The notes beneath the pieces are model-generated. The model was not told where the DNA came from and searched no databases. It worked only from the letters and a program-made list of their open reading frames with translations. Below, piece after piece: positions 33,679 through 43,437 of a stretch of DNA of 64,000 bases. The DNA is from an uncultured Acidimicrobiaceae bacterium (GTDB lineage Bacteria > Actinomycetota > Acidimicrobiia > Spongiisociales > UBA5794): contig CAYWPC010000005.1 in the NCBI GenBank assembly GCA_964460075.1, positions 2,873-66,872 on the forward strand, given 5' to 3'. A program made the translations under genes and the position numbers. The first letter of the stretch is position 1. Each line of letters opens with the position of its first letter.

Positions 33679-35129
33679 ACGACCTCGTTCGCCTCAGGGC
33701 CGTCGATCATGCCGCGATGTTGCGCCGCAAAGACGTTTCGGCGCGTGAACTGCTCGATGCCCACCTCGGCCAGATCGAATCGACGAACAGCGATTTGAAC
33801 GCCATTGTTACCCTGGTCCCCGATATCGCCTACGAGATGGCAGACGCCGCGGACACGGCACTAGCCAAGGGAGGGAATGTTCCGCTCCTCACCGGCCTGC
33901 CCGTTGCGCACAAGGATCTTCATGAGACCAAGGGCATCCGAACAACGTTCGGATCTCCTGTGTATTCGTCCTTCATCCCGACACGCAACACGTTGATCGT
34001 TCAACGAATGCAGGACGCAGGAGCGGTGACCCTCGGGAAGACCAACACACCTCAGCATGGGGCAGGGAGCCAGACATTCAACGAGGTATTCGGTTTCACC
34101 AGGAACCCGTGGAATCCGGACTACACGCCAGGTGGCTCATCTGGTGGCGCCAGCGTTGCCGTTGCCACTGGGATGGTTTCCCTCGCCGACGGCTCCGACT
34201 ACGGCGCGTCGCTGAGGAACCCTGCTTCGTTCACCAACACGGTCGGGTTTCGTCCGTCACCGGGGAGGATTCCCACATGGCCAACGACGGACGCCTGGTG
34301 GACACACTCGGTACACGGTCCGATCGCACGTACCGTTGAGGACATCGCACTCTTCATGGCCGCGACCGCAGGTCCGGATGACAGGATCCCCGTCTCCATC
34401 GACCGTCCCGGCTCAGACTTCGCCGCACCGCTGGCCGCTGATTGGACGGATGTGCCTCTGGCATGGTCCGAGGATCTCGGCTGCCTACCAATCGACCCGT
34501 CGGTGACGCGGGCGCTCGCTCCGGCCCGCGCCGTGCTCGAGGACATCGGTTTCTCCGTGACGGAGGCCTGCCCTGACTTCACCGGTGCAGAGGAATCGTT
34601 CAAGGTGTGGCGTGGATACTCCTACGCCAGGCAATTCGGGCGAGCCATTGAGTCGAACCCTGATGCCTACAAGGAGACGATCCGATGGAATACCGAGTAC
34701 GGGTTGACCTTGTCATCAGTGGATCTCGGCAGGGCCTCTGTGGCCAGAACCGAGCTGCGCGAACGCGTGCTGCGTTTTCTCGACACGCACCGCTTTCTTG
34801 CAATCCCAACTTCGGCGGTACCTCCCTTCCCTATCTCCATCGAGTACCCCACCGAGATCAACGGCGTAGACATGGAGAACTACACGTCGTGGTTCGCCTC
34901 GTGCTACTACATATCTGCGCTGGAACTTCCCGCAATCTCGGTCCCCGGTGGCTTCACAGATGACGGGTTACCGATCGGTCTCCAGATCGTCGGACGCCAC
35001 CACGCGGACCTCGACGTGCTGCGGGCAGCGTTCGCGTTTCAGCAGGCGACGATGCTATGGGTGAAGACACCATCTGCTATCGCTGGACCGTCGAGGCCCG
35101 AAGTCAAACCTAAGGGGGTTAGCGGATAG
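33675..35129 (+). CDS. Amidase-signature (AS) family amidase, GatA-like
   Basis: [12 protein letters not shown]...[12 protein letters not shown] Ser-cisSer-Lys signature. Start overlaps the purL stop (ATGA). Last 3-4 codons overlap the extended IS5-transposase frame. Confidence 0.85.
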   Translation: MNDLVRLRAVDHAAMLRRKDVSARELLDAHLGQIESTNSDLNAIVTLVPDIAYEMADAADTALAKGGNVPLLTGLPVAHKDLHETKGIRTTFGSPVYSSFIPTRNTLIVQRMQDAGAVTLGKTNTPQHGAGSQTFNEVFGFTRNPWNPDYTPGGSSGGASVAVATGMVSLADGSDYGASLRNPASFTNTVGFRPSPGRIPTWPTTDAWWTHSVHGPIARTVEDIALFMAATAGPDDRIPVSIDRPGSDFAAPLAADWTDVPLAWSEDLGCLPIDPSVTRALAPARAVLEDIGFSVTEACPDFTGAEESFKVWRGYSYARQFGRAIESNPDAYKETIRWNTEYGLTLSSVDLGRASVARTELRERVLRFLDTHRFLAIPTSAVPPFPISIEYPTEINGVDMENYTSWFASCYYISALELPAISVPGGFTDDGLPIGLQIVGRHHADLDVLRAAFAFQQATMLWVKTPSAIAGPSRPEVKPKGVSG

Positions 35130-35995
35130 GGCTTGATTCGGGGCTCCATCTGTCTCGCCAGTCGATGAGTTTCGCGGTGATCAACAAGACGGTGACGAGG
35201 CAGAGTTGTGCGTGGCGGTGCTCGTTACAGCGGTCGGTGTTGCGGCGAAGCTGCCCGTAGTTCGACAGTCACGAGTTGGTTCCTTCTACCACCCAACGCA
35301 ACCCGAGCCGCATCGGCTGCTTCTTGTACGGGATACCACGGGGTTTGCGTTTCTGGATGTTGAGATCGTCGAGACCCATCACGGCGAGCTGGTTCCGAAT
35401 CTTGGGGAAGTCGTATCCCCGATCGAGGTGCAACGTCTCAATGTCGAGATGGAGACCGGTCCTGCCGATATCGTCGAGGGTGGGTCCCAACAGCTTGACA
35501 TCGGAACGGTTTGCACCGTCAATGGCCCACCCGACCGGGACACCGTTCGCGCCGGTGGCGATCGGCCACTTCCATCCGAGTTTCGCCCTATCCACGGGGC
35601 TTTTCCCTGTCCCCTCCCCGCCACACGGTGCCTTATGGATCGACCCATCCAACGCGACGTCAGACATGTCCAACCCGATGATCCGGTCATACGCTTCCAT
35701 GGCCTCATCACGGATAGCGTCAAAGATGCCAGCCCCGACCCACGCATCACGGCGAGACCGCAACGTCGTATCCGACACCCTGCGTTCCAAGATCGCTTCC
35801 ACCGTGACCCACGAACATCCCGTCACCAGACGGATCAGCATCCCCCAGAAACACAACCGGTCAAAGATACGGGACCGGTGACATCCCAACGGATGCAAAT
35901 CGGGTATGCGCGGGATCAACGATTCGATGGATTCCCAGACAGCATCCACCACTTGTCGATCAAGCGCGCATACTGATCACCTCCACCGGATCGTT
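35100..35995. mobile_element. IS5-family insertion sequence, boundaries approximate; terminal inverted repeats not resolved
   Basis: Extent inferred from the transposase gene plus flanks. A 9-bp direct repeat cgtcgaggc occurs at 35088 and 36020 but could not be confirmed as a target-site duplication. Confidence 0.4.
35119..35952 (-). pseudogene. IS5-family (DUF4096 + DDE_Tnp_1) transposase with in-frame TGA at 35269-35271 where Trp is expected
   Basis: N-terminal DUF4096-like region, KAPCGGEGTGKSPVDRAKLG and LHLDRGYD DDE motifs. ORF stops at ...VVEGTNS*. The frame then continues LSNYGQLRRNTDRCNEH...LCLVTVLLI, matching the conserved TN(S)-W-LNRFRRL...RYE...LAxALI C-terminus of this family. 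Confidence 0.7.
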
Positions 35996-36121
35996 GGTTA
36001 TTGCGTGCACTCGACATCATCGTCGAGGCAATCCAACGACCGGTGGACCCTTACCTACTCGCGCGGCCCCTAAGGGCCCGGTCGCGTGATATGTCCGACC
36101 TGCTCCGTTTAGGCTCTCGTC

Positions 36122-36634
36122 ATGACACGATTCATCGACGGACCCGAGGTCGAAGTGGTCACCACGATCAACGCTCCGCCGAGCGTTGTTTGGGATTTGA
36201 TCACCGACATCAACCTCCCTGCACGATTCCAGGACGAATTCGCCGAGGCCGAATGGCTCGACGATGGGCCAGCATTGGGGGCGAGGTTCCTTGGACGAAA
36301 CAGGCGCGGTGAGCGCTCATGGGAGACCACTTCATGGATCGTCGCCCATGAGCCGCTGCGTACCTTTGGATGGGCGGTAATCGACGTGGCGAATCCGGCA
36401 GCAACATGGACATACCGTCTCGACGGCGACGAGAACACGACGACGCTGCGCTACCACAGGGTCGTCGGTCCAGGACCGAGCGGCCTCACGAGCGCCATCG
36501 CAAAACACCCCGATCGCGAAGAGGAGATCATCGCAGCCAGAGATGAGGAGCACCGCGTCCACATGCAGGCGGTTGTCGACGGGATACGCGACCTAGCAGA
36601 GAGCGAATATTCGTCACCCGACGACGAAGCGTGA
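36122..36634 (+). CDS. SRPBCC (polyketide cyclase/dehydrase, Bet v1-like) family protein
   Basis: 170 aa. N-terminal segment INAPPSVVWDLITDINLPARF fits the Polyketide_cyc2/SRPBCC pattern. Confidence 0.65.
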   Translation: MTRFIDGPEVEVVTTINAPPSVVWDLITDINLPARFQDEFAEAEWLDDGPALGARFLGRNRRGERSWETTSWIVAHEPLRTFGWAVIDVANPAATWTYRLDGDENTTTLRYHRVVGPGPSGLTSAIAKHPDREEEIIAARDEEHRVHMQAVVDGIRDLAESEYSSPDDEA

Positions 36635-36687
36635 CCGGCGCCATATTCAGGCCCGAGTACGTGGAGTTCCTCGACGCCTGGCGAGCC

Positions 36688-38205
36688 TCACCGCCCATTC
36701 TCCCGACTCGCCCGCTGCTCACGCAAGAGGCGCTTCAGAACCTTTCCCGCTGCGTTGCGGGGCAGCTCCCCCACCACCCATACGGCCTTTGGCAGCTTGT
36801 ACCGAGCCAGCTGGTCCTCGGCGAAGGCGAGGAACTCACGCTCGTCGAAAGCCTCCACATCTCGAAGTACCACAACGGCGAGGCCCACCTCCCCCCACCG
36901 GTCGTCTGGCACTCCGATAACTGATACGTCGCGAACGTTCGGATGACGGAAGTACACCTGCTCGACCTCGGCCGGGTACACGTTCTCGCCGCCGGAAATG
37001 TACATGTCCTTCCACCGATCCACGATGTACACGTAACCGTCCGCATCCATTCGCGCAGCATCACCGGTGTGAAGCCAACCATCGGTGAACGACTCGCGGT
37101 TCGCCTCCGGACGCTCCCAGTAACCTGGCGTAACGTTCGGGCCGCGTGCCCACAACTCACCAACCTCACCCGGCGCAACGTCGCCACCGGTCTCATCGAC
37201 GATCCGTATCTCGGTATGCATGGCGGTCTTACCAACAGAGCCTGCCTTCGACAGCGCGTGCTCTGTGTCTGTGAGGAACAAGGTTGGACTCGTTTCCGTC
37301 AAGCCCATGCCTTGACGAATGATGATTCCGTGCTCTGCGTAACGCTCAAGCAGCGCGACGGGCATTGGGGATCCTCCGCATGCCCAGGAGGTCACTCGCG
37401 ACAGATCTGCCGTTACCCAGATGTGATCCTCTACGAGGAACTGGTATACGGCTGGCACGCCGAAGAAGTGCGTGATTTCCCCAGACACGAGCCAGTGCAG
37501 CATCCTTTCAGCATCAAAGCCGCGCAAGATCACGGATGTTCCGCCCAGGTGAAGAAGCGGCGTTGTGTACAGATTGAGCCCACCGGTGTGGAATGTGGGG
37601 AGCACGTTGAGACCAATGGATGATCGTGTGAGCTCGACCTCTCCCCCGATGTTGACAGCGTTCCAGAAGAACATTCCAACCGTCTCTATGGCGCCCTTCG
37701 GCTTGCCGGTCGTGCCAGACGTGTAGAGAATCGCGAGAATGTCATCGTGAGTCGACGACATCCGAGGAGCAGCATCTGGGTCGGCTCCTCGCTTCGCTGC
37801 TTCGAAGTCATCCCCGAGACGCAACGAAACGGGAATGGGGAGACTCGCCACAGCATCCCCGAACTGCCCCTCAAAGATCACGGCACGAGGCCTGCAGTCG
37901 TCCACGATGAACGCTATCTCGGGTTGCGCAAGCCTCCAGTTGATCGGTACGAGGATTGCGCCAACCTTGGCACACGCAAAGAGCACCTCGAAGATGTCTG
38001 TGGTGTTCTCTGACAGGAACGCGACGCGGTCACCTCGACCGACACCCACAGAAACCATCCATGTGGCGAGGCGACGAACTCGCTCGCCGAGATCACCGTA
38101 GGTGATCGTCAGGCCGCGGTGATCATCGACCAGCGCCGTCTTGTTCGGACGCGTGGCCGCATGCTGTTCGATCCAGTCGAATGCCTGGGTCGCGCTCGGC
38201 GTCAT
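36688..38205 (-). CDS. AMP-dependent acyl-CoA synthetase/ligase
   Basis: AMP-binding motif YTSGTTGKPKG, plus TGD and GWLHTGD motifs. Confidence 0.88.
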   Translation of the reverse strand: MTPSATQAFDWIEQHAATRPNKTALVDDHRGLTITYGDLGERVRRLATWMVSVGVGRGDRVAFLSENTTDIFEVLFACAKVGAILVPINWRLAQPEIAFIVDDCRPRAVIFEGQFGDAVASLPIPVSLRLGDDFEAAKRGADPDAAPRMSSTHDDILAILYTSGTTGKPKGAIETVGMFFWNAVNIGGEVELTRSSIGLNVLPTFHTGGLNLYTTPLLHLGGTSVILRGFDAERMLHWLVSGEITHFFGVPAVYQFLVEDHIWVTADLSRVTSWACGGSPMPVALLERYAEHGIIIRQGMGLTETSPTLFLTDTEHALSKAGSVGKTAMHTEIRIVDETGGDVAPGEVGELWARGPNVTPGYWERPEANRESFTDGWLHTGDAARMDADGYVYIVDRWKDMYISGGENVYPAEVEQVYFRHPNVRDVSVIGVPDDRWGEVGLAVVVLRDVEAFDEREFLAFAEDQLARYKLPKAVWVVGELPRNAAGKVLKRLLREQRASRENGR

Positions 38206-38262
38206 GGTGAAACCTCTGTCGTCGTCCTGCGGTTATCGAGTGTGGCGGTTAGCGTCAAGGTG

Positions 38263-39264
38263 TCACCACCTCACCAGTGTTGCGGCCCAGGTGTAGCCGG
38301 TCCCAGCGGAGAGCAGCAAGACGAGGTCTCCTTCTTCGAGTTCGCCCTGTCGAGCGTCGAGTCCGACGATCGTATCAAGACCAGACATGTGGCCGTGACG
38401 CCTGATGTACACAGCGCGTTCTCGAGGAATGCCGAGTCCGTCGACGATCCACTCATGGATGGAGCGCTTCGTGTGCAATATCGGCAAGAGCCGAACGTCA
38501 GTAACGCTCACACCGGCACGGTCGCACGCCTCACGCGCAACCGTGAGGAAGTTATCCCCGGATACGGGATCGAGCCGCTGCTTCATTGAGACAGGATCGG
38601 CAACGTCGAGAGAGTGTCGACCATCCTTGACCGTGTCATGCGACGCCGGGATCCGGCTTCCTCCGGCGTACACCGCAACATCATCCGCGAACTGGCCATC
38701 ACTGATGATCCGATAGGAAACGATGTCGTGACCAGGCAGAGAGGATGACAGCAGCACAGCAGCACCACCATCACCGAAGTTGAACATGAATCGAGAGCGC
38801 GGGTTCGAGTAGTCGATCAGATGGGACTCCCAGCAGCCACCGACCAGCAGCACGTTGCTGATCGAAGGGTCGCCAGCAAGCATCCCTGCGATCGTCGCGA
38901 TCGCAACCGGGGCGCCGCACGAGACGTTCGCCATCTCAAGAGCCCAGGCGTTTGTCGCTCCGATGAGATTCTGTACCTTCGGGGCAGCCGACCACACCTG
39001 GTAGTCCTTCGCCATCGATCCGAAGTACGCGACGACGTCGACCTCTTCCGGCGAAAGGCCCGCACGCTCGATAGCCTGCACGCCGGCAGCCGCAGCCATC
39101 GTCGAAACATGATCGTCGGATCCTGCAATGTGCTTGCCGTCGAGGCCGAATCTGTCGACGATGACGTTCTCTGGTATACCAGACAGGTCGGCGATTTCCG
39201 ATGCTGACATCCAGTCCTGCGGCATGTAGGTGCCAACCGACACCAAGCGCGGTTGTCTGCTCAT
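38263..39264 (-). CDS. Ketoacyl-ACP synthase III (FabH)-like condensing enzyme
   Basis: Thiolase-fold. Candidate active-site Cys in ...ANVSCGAP..., C-terminal His and Asn/His region. Start moved to MSRQPRL; the track ORF has a 89-aa non-conserved extension. Confidence 0.75.
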   Translation of the reverse strand: MSRQPRLVSVGTYMPQDWMSASEIADLSGIPENVIVDRFGLDGKHIAGSDDHVSTMAAAAGVQAIERAGLSPEEVDVVAYFGSMAKDYQVWSAAPKVQNLIGATNAWALEMANVSCGAPVAIATIAGMLAGDPSISNVLLVGGCWESHLIDYSNPRSRFMFNFGDGGAAVLLSSSLPGHDIVSYRIISDGQFADDVAVYAGGSRIPASHDTVKDGRHSLDVADPVSMKQRLDPVSGDNFLTVAREACDRAGVSVTDVRLLPILHTKRSIHEWIVDGLGIPRERAVYIRRHGHMSGLDTIVGLDARQGELEEGDLVLLLSAGTGYTWAATLVRW

Positions 39265-40331
39265 CCGCCACGTCTCCCTATAAGCAACATTCGCAACCGA
39301 TTCAAGCCGTCCCGTCGTTGAACCGACTTTGCACGCCAGGTACCCACGATGCCGTACGGCAGGAAAAGCACAATCGCGATGTACGCGGCACCGAGCAGCA
39401 CCGATGCCGACCCTCCGAAATACTTGCCGAGGTAATACGCAAGAAGCCGGTACACCGCTGCACCGATGACGGCTCCGGTGAGCGTCCCGATGCCACCTAT
39501 CAGGATCATGAGGAGAGCGGCAACGGTCCATCCGAGGCCCGCGACCTGTGGAGTCACGATCGGCTGGTGCAGCATCCAGAGCATGCCTGCAACTGCCGCG
39601 GTCAACGATGACACGAACAGTGCAAAAAGCTTGAACCAGAAGGTGTTGTATCCGAGGCCGAGTGCCCTGTCCTCATTCTCACGATTGGCGACAAGAACCG
39701 CGCCCGTTGGTGACCGGAGAATTCTTCGGTATAGCGCGAACACAGCGACGAGCACGAAGAGCGCGAGCAGATACATCCTGAACCGATAGTTGTTCGTATT
39801 GATCCAGTCTGGAACCGGAACCCCCTGGAGCCCGACATCGGCTCCGGTGTAGTCCCTGAACTCTGAGGATTGCACGACGACGAAGAAAACGGAAGATAGC
39901 CCGAGCGTCACAAGAGCAAATGCAATGCCCTTCACACGCGGGAGGACTACCGCGAACAGCAACGCTTGGATGAGAGCCAGCAATGCGACGCCGAGCAGGG
40001 TCACCGGAAGCGACCAACCGAATGACTTCAGCATTATCCCAGCACCGTATGCGCCAAGGGCGAAGAACATCGAGTGGCCGAATGACAGGAGTCCAGCCAC
40101 GCCAAGAACGAGGTCGTAACTCAGTGCATACAACGCAAGGATGAAGACCTCAATCGCGAGACCCTGCAGGAACTTTGCGTTTCCCGCCTCCCCCGAGAGC
40201 ACAGCGGCTGGAGATTGGCCATCCACGATCGCAACGACGAACGGAAAAGCTACGGCGGCAACGACAAGGGCTATAAGTAGGCGGCTCCCACTCCATCTCC
40301 TGGACGACTCAACGATCTTGGTATCGTCCAT
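39261..40331 (-). CDS. Branched-chain amino-acid-type ABC transporter permease (LivM-like)
   Basis: Multi-TM permease. Start placed at MDDTKIV. ATGA overlap with the downstream KAS III gene. Confidence 0.78.
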   Translation of the reverse strand: MDDTKIVESSRRWSGSRLLIALVVAAVAFPFVVAIVDGQSPAAVLSGEAGNAKFLQGLAIEVFILALYALSYDLVLGVAGLLSFGHSMFFALGAYGAGIMLKSFGWSLPVTLLGVALLALIQALLFAVVLPRVKGIAFALVTLGLSSVFFVVVQSSEFRDYTGADVGLQGVPVPDWINTNNYRFRMYLLALFVLVAVFALYRRILRSPTGAVLVANRENEDRALGLGYNTFWFKLFALFVSSLTAAVAGMLWMLHQPIVTPQVAGLGWTVAALLMILIGGIGTLTGAVIGAAVYRLLAYYLGKYFGGSASVLLGAAYIAIVLFLPYGIVGTWRAKSVQRRDGLNRLRMLLIGRRGG

Positions 40332-40333
40332 CG

Positions 40334-41917
40334 TCACTCCTCCCGCCCGAAGATGCCTTGAGGTGCGACGAGCAGTACAACGATCATCAGAACGATGACC
40401 GACACAGGAACAAGTGACGGTGACGGCTTGAACGGCTCGTCCAGCCACGGAAGCGGGATACCGGTCGACCCGGCCTTGATGACAAACTGTTGCAAGAGGC
40501 CAACGAGGACGGCGCCGGCAGCCGCACCAGGGAACGACGTCAATCCACCGACAGATATGGCGATTAGTGCCAAGAGCAGCACTCTCGAGCCCATCTCCGT
40601 GCTCAGTCCGATGGCGGGTGCAGCGATAACGCCTCCGAATGCTGCAAGGCCGACTCCCAGTCCGAACACAATGGTGAATACGAGACGGACGTTCACGCCG
40701 AGCGCTTCCACCATCTCACGATCCTGTACACCGGCTCGGATGATCATGCCCATCCTGGTGCGCTTGATCAGCAGGGTGACCACGACAAGTACAGCGACGC
40801 CAACCAAGACGATGAAGACTTCGTTGTATAACCGAATACGAGTGTCGAGAATCTTCACCGTAGAGCATCCCGAGAACAGCTCCGAAAGTCCTTCACCAGG
40901 ACACCCGGGTCCCGTGCCGCTGAACAGGGCAGGCTTCGGCATCGTGAACTCGGGCCTGCCCCATACGGAACGGACCGCCTCGATGATGATGAAACCGAGA
41001 CCGAGCGTGATCATGAGTTGGTACAAGAGACGGTCATATAGCGGACGGATGAGCACTGTCTCGATGAGCGCCCCCAGCCCGAATCCGCCTATGGCGGCAA
41101 GAGCCAACGCGAGGAAAAATCGATACGTCGTGCCGAGTCCGAACATCCACTCGGTGATCTGGTCGTTGAACATCAGGGACGCGAAGGCGATCCCAAAAGT
41201 TGCGAACGACGGAACGAGACGTCGGATGTCCATGGGCAGCGGAGTCACGTCCGTCTTGCGTGCCAAGGCGATAGCGAACGCAACAAGGCTCACCGACACG
41301 ATCAGGACGACGACAGCCACCAATGCCGACCCGTCGAAGGAGTCTGGTACCGGCACGCTCTGAGTACCAACGTCGAAGGCCAGCGAGCTTGCAACCGGGG
41401 TGTCAGCAAAGGCCTCGAGGTCCCAGATAGAGAGAGGGAATCGCGGCAACACCCACACCGTGGCGCCGGTACCGAACGCTGCGAGAAGCCACGGCAGGAA
41501 CCTCCCCCATGCGCCTCCTGGACCGACACGATCCGCTAGTTGTGCAAACGCTGGCCCAGCGGCAAACACGGCGGCGATGAGCAGCAGCGGCAACAGAACA
41601 TCGACGAAGGTGTCTGGCCTGACGTAGATGGTCCACCCAACGTAGGCGCCGAGCATGAACAACTCCCCGTGCGCGAGGTTGAGGACGTCCATCAGCCCGA
41701 ATATGAGGCTCAGGCCCGACGCCACCAGGAACGTGATCGCACCTACCGCGAGTCCACGCAACAGCGTGATCATCCAGTCACCTGCATCCATGGAGAAGAG
41801 CCCGGAGAGCACGATGAACGCGATCACAGCAAGAATGGCCGCCCGACCGCGAATCCTCCTCAAGCGGTCACTGATGTGCCGACTGCGACTCTGGATGGCA
41901 GGTGGAGCGATCATCAC
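40334..41917 (-). CDS. Branched-chain amino-acid-type ABC transporter permease (LivH-like) with ~250-aa hydrophobic insertion
   Basis: N- and C-terminal segments match the LivH core. Central block adds extra TM helices, 527 aa in total. Confidence 0.78.
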   Translation of the reverse strand: MMIAPPAIQSRSRHISDRLRRIRGRAAILAVIAFIVLSGLFSMDAGDWMITLLRGLAVGAITFLVASGLSLIFGLMDVLNLAHGELFMLGAYVGWTIYVRPDTFVDVLLPLLLIAAVFAAGPAFAQLADRVGPGGAWGRFLPWLLAAFGTGATVWVLPRFPLSIWDLEAFADTPVASSLAFDVGTQSVPVPDSFDGSALVAVVVLIVSVSLVAFAIALARKTDVTPLPMDIRRLVPSFATFGIAFASLMFNDQITEWMFGLGTTYRFFLALALAAIGGFGLGALIETVLIRPLYDRLLYQLMITLGLGFIIIEAVRSVWGRPEFTMPKPALFSGTGPGCPGEGLSELFSGCSTVKILDTRIRLYNEVFIVLVGVAVLVVVTLLIKRTRMGMIIRAGVQDREMVEALGVNVRLVFTIVFGLGVGLAAFGGVIAAPAIGLSTEMGSRVLLLALIAISVGGLTSFPGAAAGAVLVGLLQQFVIKAGSTGIPLPWLDEPFKPSPSLVPVSVIVLMIVVLLVAPQGIFGREE

Positions 41918-42618
41918 GCTGCCCCCAAGTACTTTCGAATCGTCTCCTCGTCATCCACGAGATCTGCCATCATCCCTGAGGACACAGAACATCCTTCCTC
42001 GATGATCACGTACTTCGTGGCGAGCCTTGAGGCAACGATGAAGTTTTGTTCAACCAACAGGACAGTGGTCGTTGCACTCATCTCCGTGATGGCATCCATC
42101 ATCTGCTCGATCAGAACTGGAGCGAGGCCTTCTGATGGCTCGTCGATGAGCAACAGGCGGTTGTCGGGTACCAGCGCTCGGCCAACGGCGAGCATCTGCT
42201 GCTGGCCACCCGAGAGCTTGGTCCCTGGTAGATCAATCAGTCGTGCCAGATCGGGAAAGAGCGTCAGGATGAAGTCCCTGTGGGCGAGGTAATCACCCTT
42301 GGATCGCTCCGCGATCCTGAGATTCTCTTCGACCGAGAGATCCTTGAAGATCGCTCGATGCTCCGGCACGTATCCGATCCCTAGCTTGGCGACCTCGAAC
42401 GGTCTGAAGCCAGCAAGGTCGCGGCCCATGAACCTGACTGTGCCAGAGCGTGGCGGCGTAAGTCCGAGAATGCTCTTGAGCGTGGTCGTCTTGCCCGCCC
42501 CATTCCTTCCGAGGAGTGCAACGATGTCGCCTTCGTCGACGGTGACATCGACTCCTTCGAGTATGTGGAAGGGCCCGATGAAGGTGTGTATATCCGAGAC
42601 GTCGAGGATCGGATTCAT
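41914..42618 (-). CDS. ABC transporter ATP-binding protein (LivF-like)
   Basis: Walker A GRNGAGKTT, signature LSGGQQQMLAVGRAL, Walker B LLIDEPSEGLAP. Confidence 0.9.
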   Translation of the reverse strand: MNPILDVSDIHTFIGPFHILEGVDVTVDEGDIVALLGRNGAGKTTTLKSILGLTPPRSGTVRFMGRDLAGFRPFEVAKLGIGYVPEHRAIFKDLSVEENLRIAERSKGDYLAHRDFILTLFPDLARLIDLPGTKLSGGQQQMLAVGRALVPDNRLLLIDEPSEGLAPVLIEQMMDAITEMSATTTVLLVEQNFIVASRLATKYVIIEEGCSVSSGMMADLVDDEETIRKYLGAA

Positions 42619-43394
42619 TGCCCATCCTCTTCGTACAATCGCCCAAGATATGCCTCCTGGACTGCATCGTTGGCTGCGATTTCTGCCGGGGTACCTTCAG
42701 CGAGCACCGTCCCGTGGTGCACGACCGTGATGCGATCCGATGCGCTCATGACGACGTTCATGTTGTGTTCGACGAGAACGACCGTCTTATCTCCAGCCAC
42801 CTGGATGTCTGTTATCAAGTCTATGAGTTCCGGCACCTGGTTCGAGGCCATGCCTGCCGTGGGCTCGTCGAGGAGAAGGACCTCCGGATCAGGAGCCAGG
42901 ATCATGCCGAGCTCGAGTTTGCGTTGATCCCCGTGGGGGAGCACTCGTGCCAGTTTTAACGCGTCGCCGGTCAGTCCAACCCGCTCAAGGACCTCCTCGG
43001 TTCGCTCGTTCACATCGATGATCGTCTCGATTGACCGCAGGAATCGAAAGCTGTTCGTTCGCAGCGACTGTGCGGCCAGCCGTATGTTCTCGAACACGGA
43101 GAGGTTTGGAAAGACATTGGTTATTTGATATGAGCGACCGATGCCCTTTCGGATCGTTCGGTACACGGGGAGCGCTGTGATGTCTTCGCCCCTGTACACG
43201 ACAGACCCTGCCGTTGGCTTCACCGTTCCGCTCAACATGTTGAACAGAGTTGTCTTGCCTGCCCCGTTAGGGCCGATGATCGAATGCAGCGTATTCTCTT
43301 CGATCTCTATCGAGACGTCAGCAACTGCCACGAGAGCGCCGTACTCCTTGCGCAGTCCTTGGGTTTGAAGAATCTTGTTTGCCATAGCTTGCAT
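42615..43394 (-). CDS. ABC transporter ATP-binding protein (LivG-like); start uncertain (43385 or 43394)
   Basis: GPNGAGKTT, LELGM...LLLDEPTAGM, and the LivG-specific C-terminal extension. The track ORF extends through the hairpin and into the SBP gene, which is unlikely. Confidence 0.82.
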   Translation of the reverse strand: MQAMANKILQTQGLRKEYGALVAVADVSIEIEENTLHSIIGPNGAGKTTLFNMLSGTVKPTAGSVVYRGEDITALPVYRTIRKGIGRSYQITNVFPNLSVFENIRLAAQSLRTNSFRFLRSIETIIDVNERTEEVLERVGLTGDALKLARVLPHGDQRKLELGMILAPDPEVLLLDEPTAGMASNQVPELIDLITDIQVAGDKTVVLVEHNMNVVMSASDRITVVHHGTVLAEGTPAEIAANDAVQEAYLGRLYEEDGQ

Positions 43395-43397
43395 GGG

Positions 43398-43423
43398 GGC
43401 TGGGGGCGCGGTCGCCCCCAGCC
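43398..43423. terminator. GC-rich hairpin ggctgggggcg-cggt-cgcccccagcc between the SBP and ATPase genes
   Basis: 11-bp perfect stem read from the sequence. Likely an intra-operon attenuator. Confidence 0.55.
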
Positions 43424-43437
43424 ATGGGTATGTGTCG

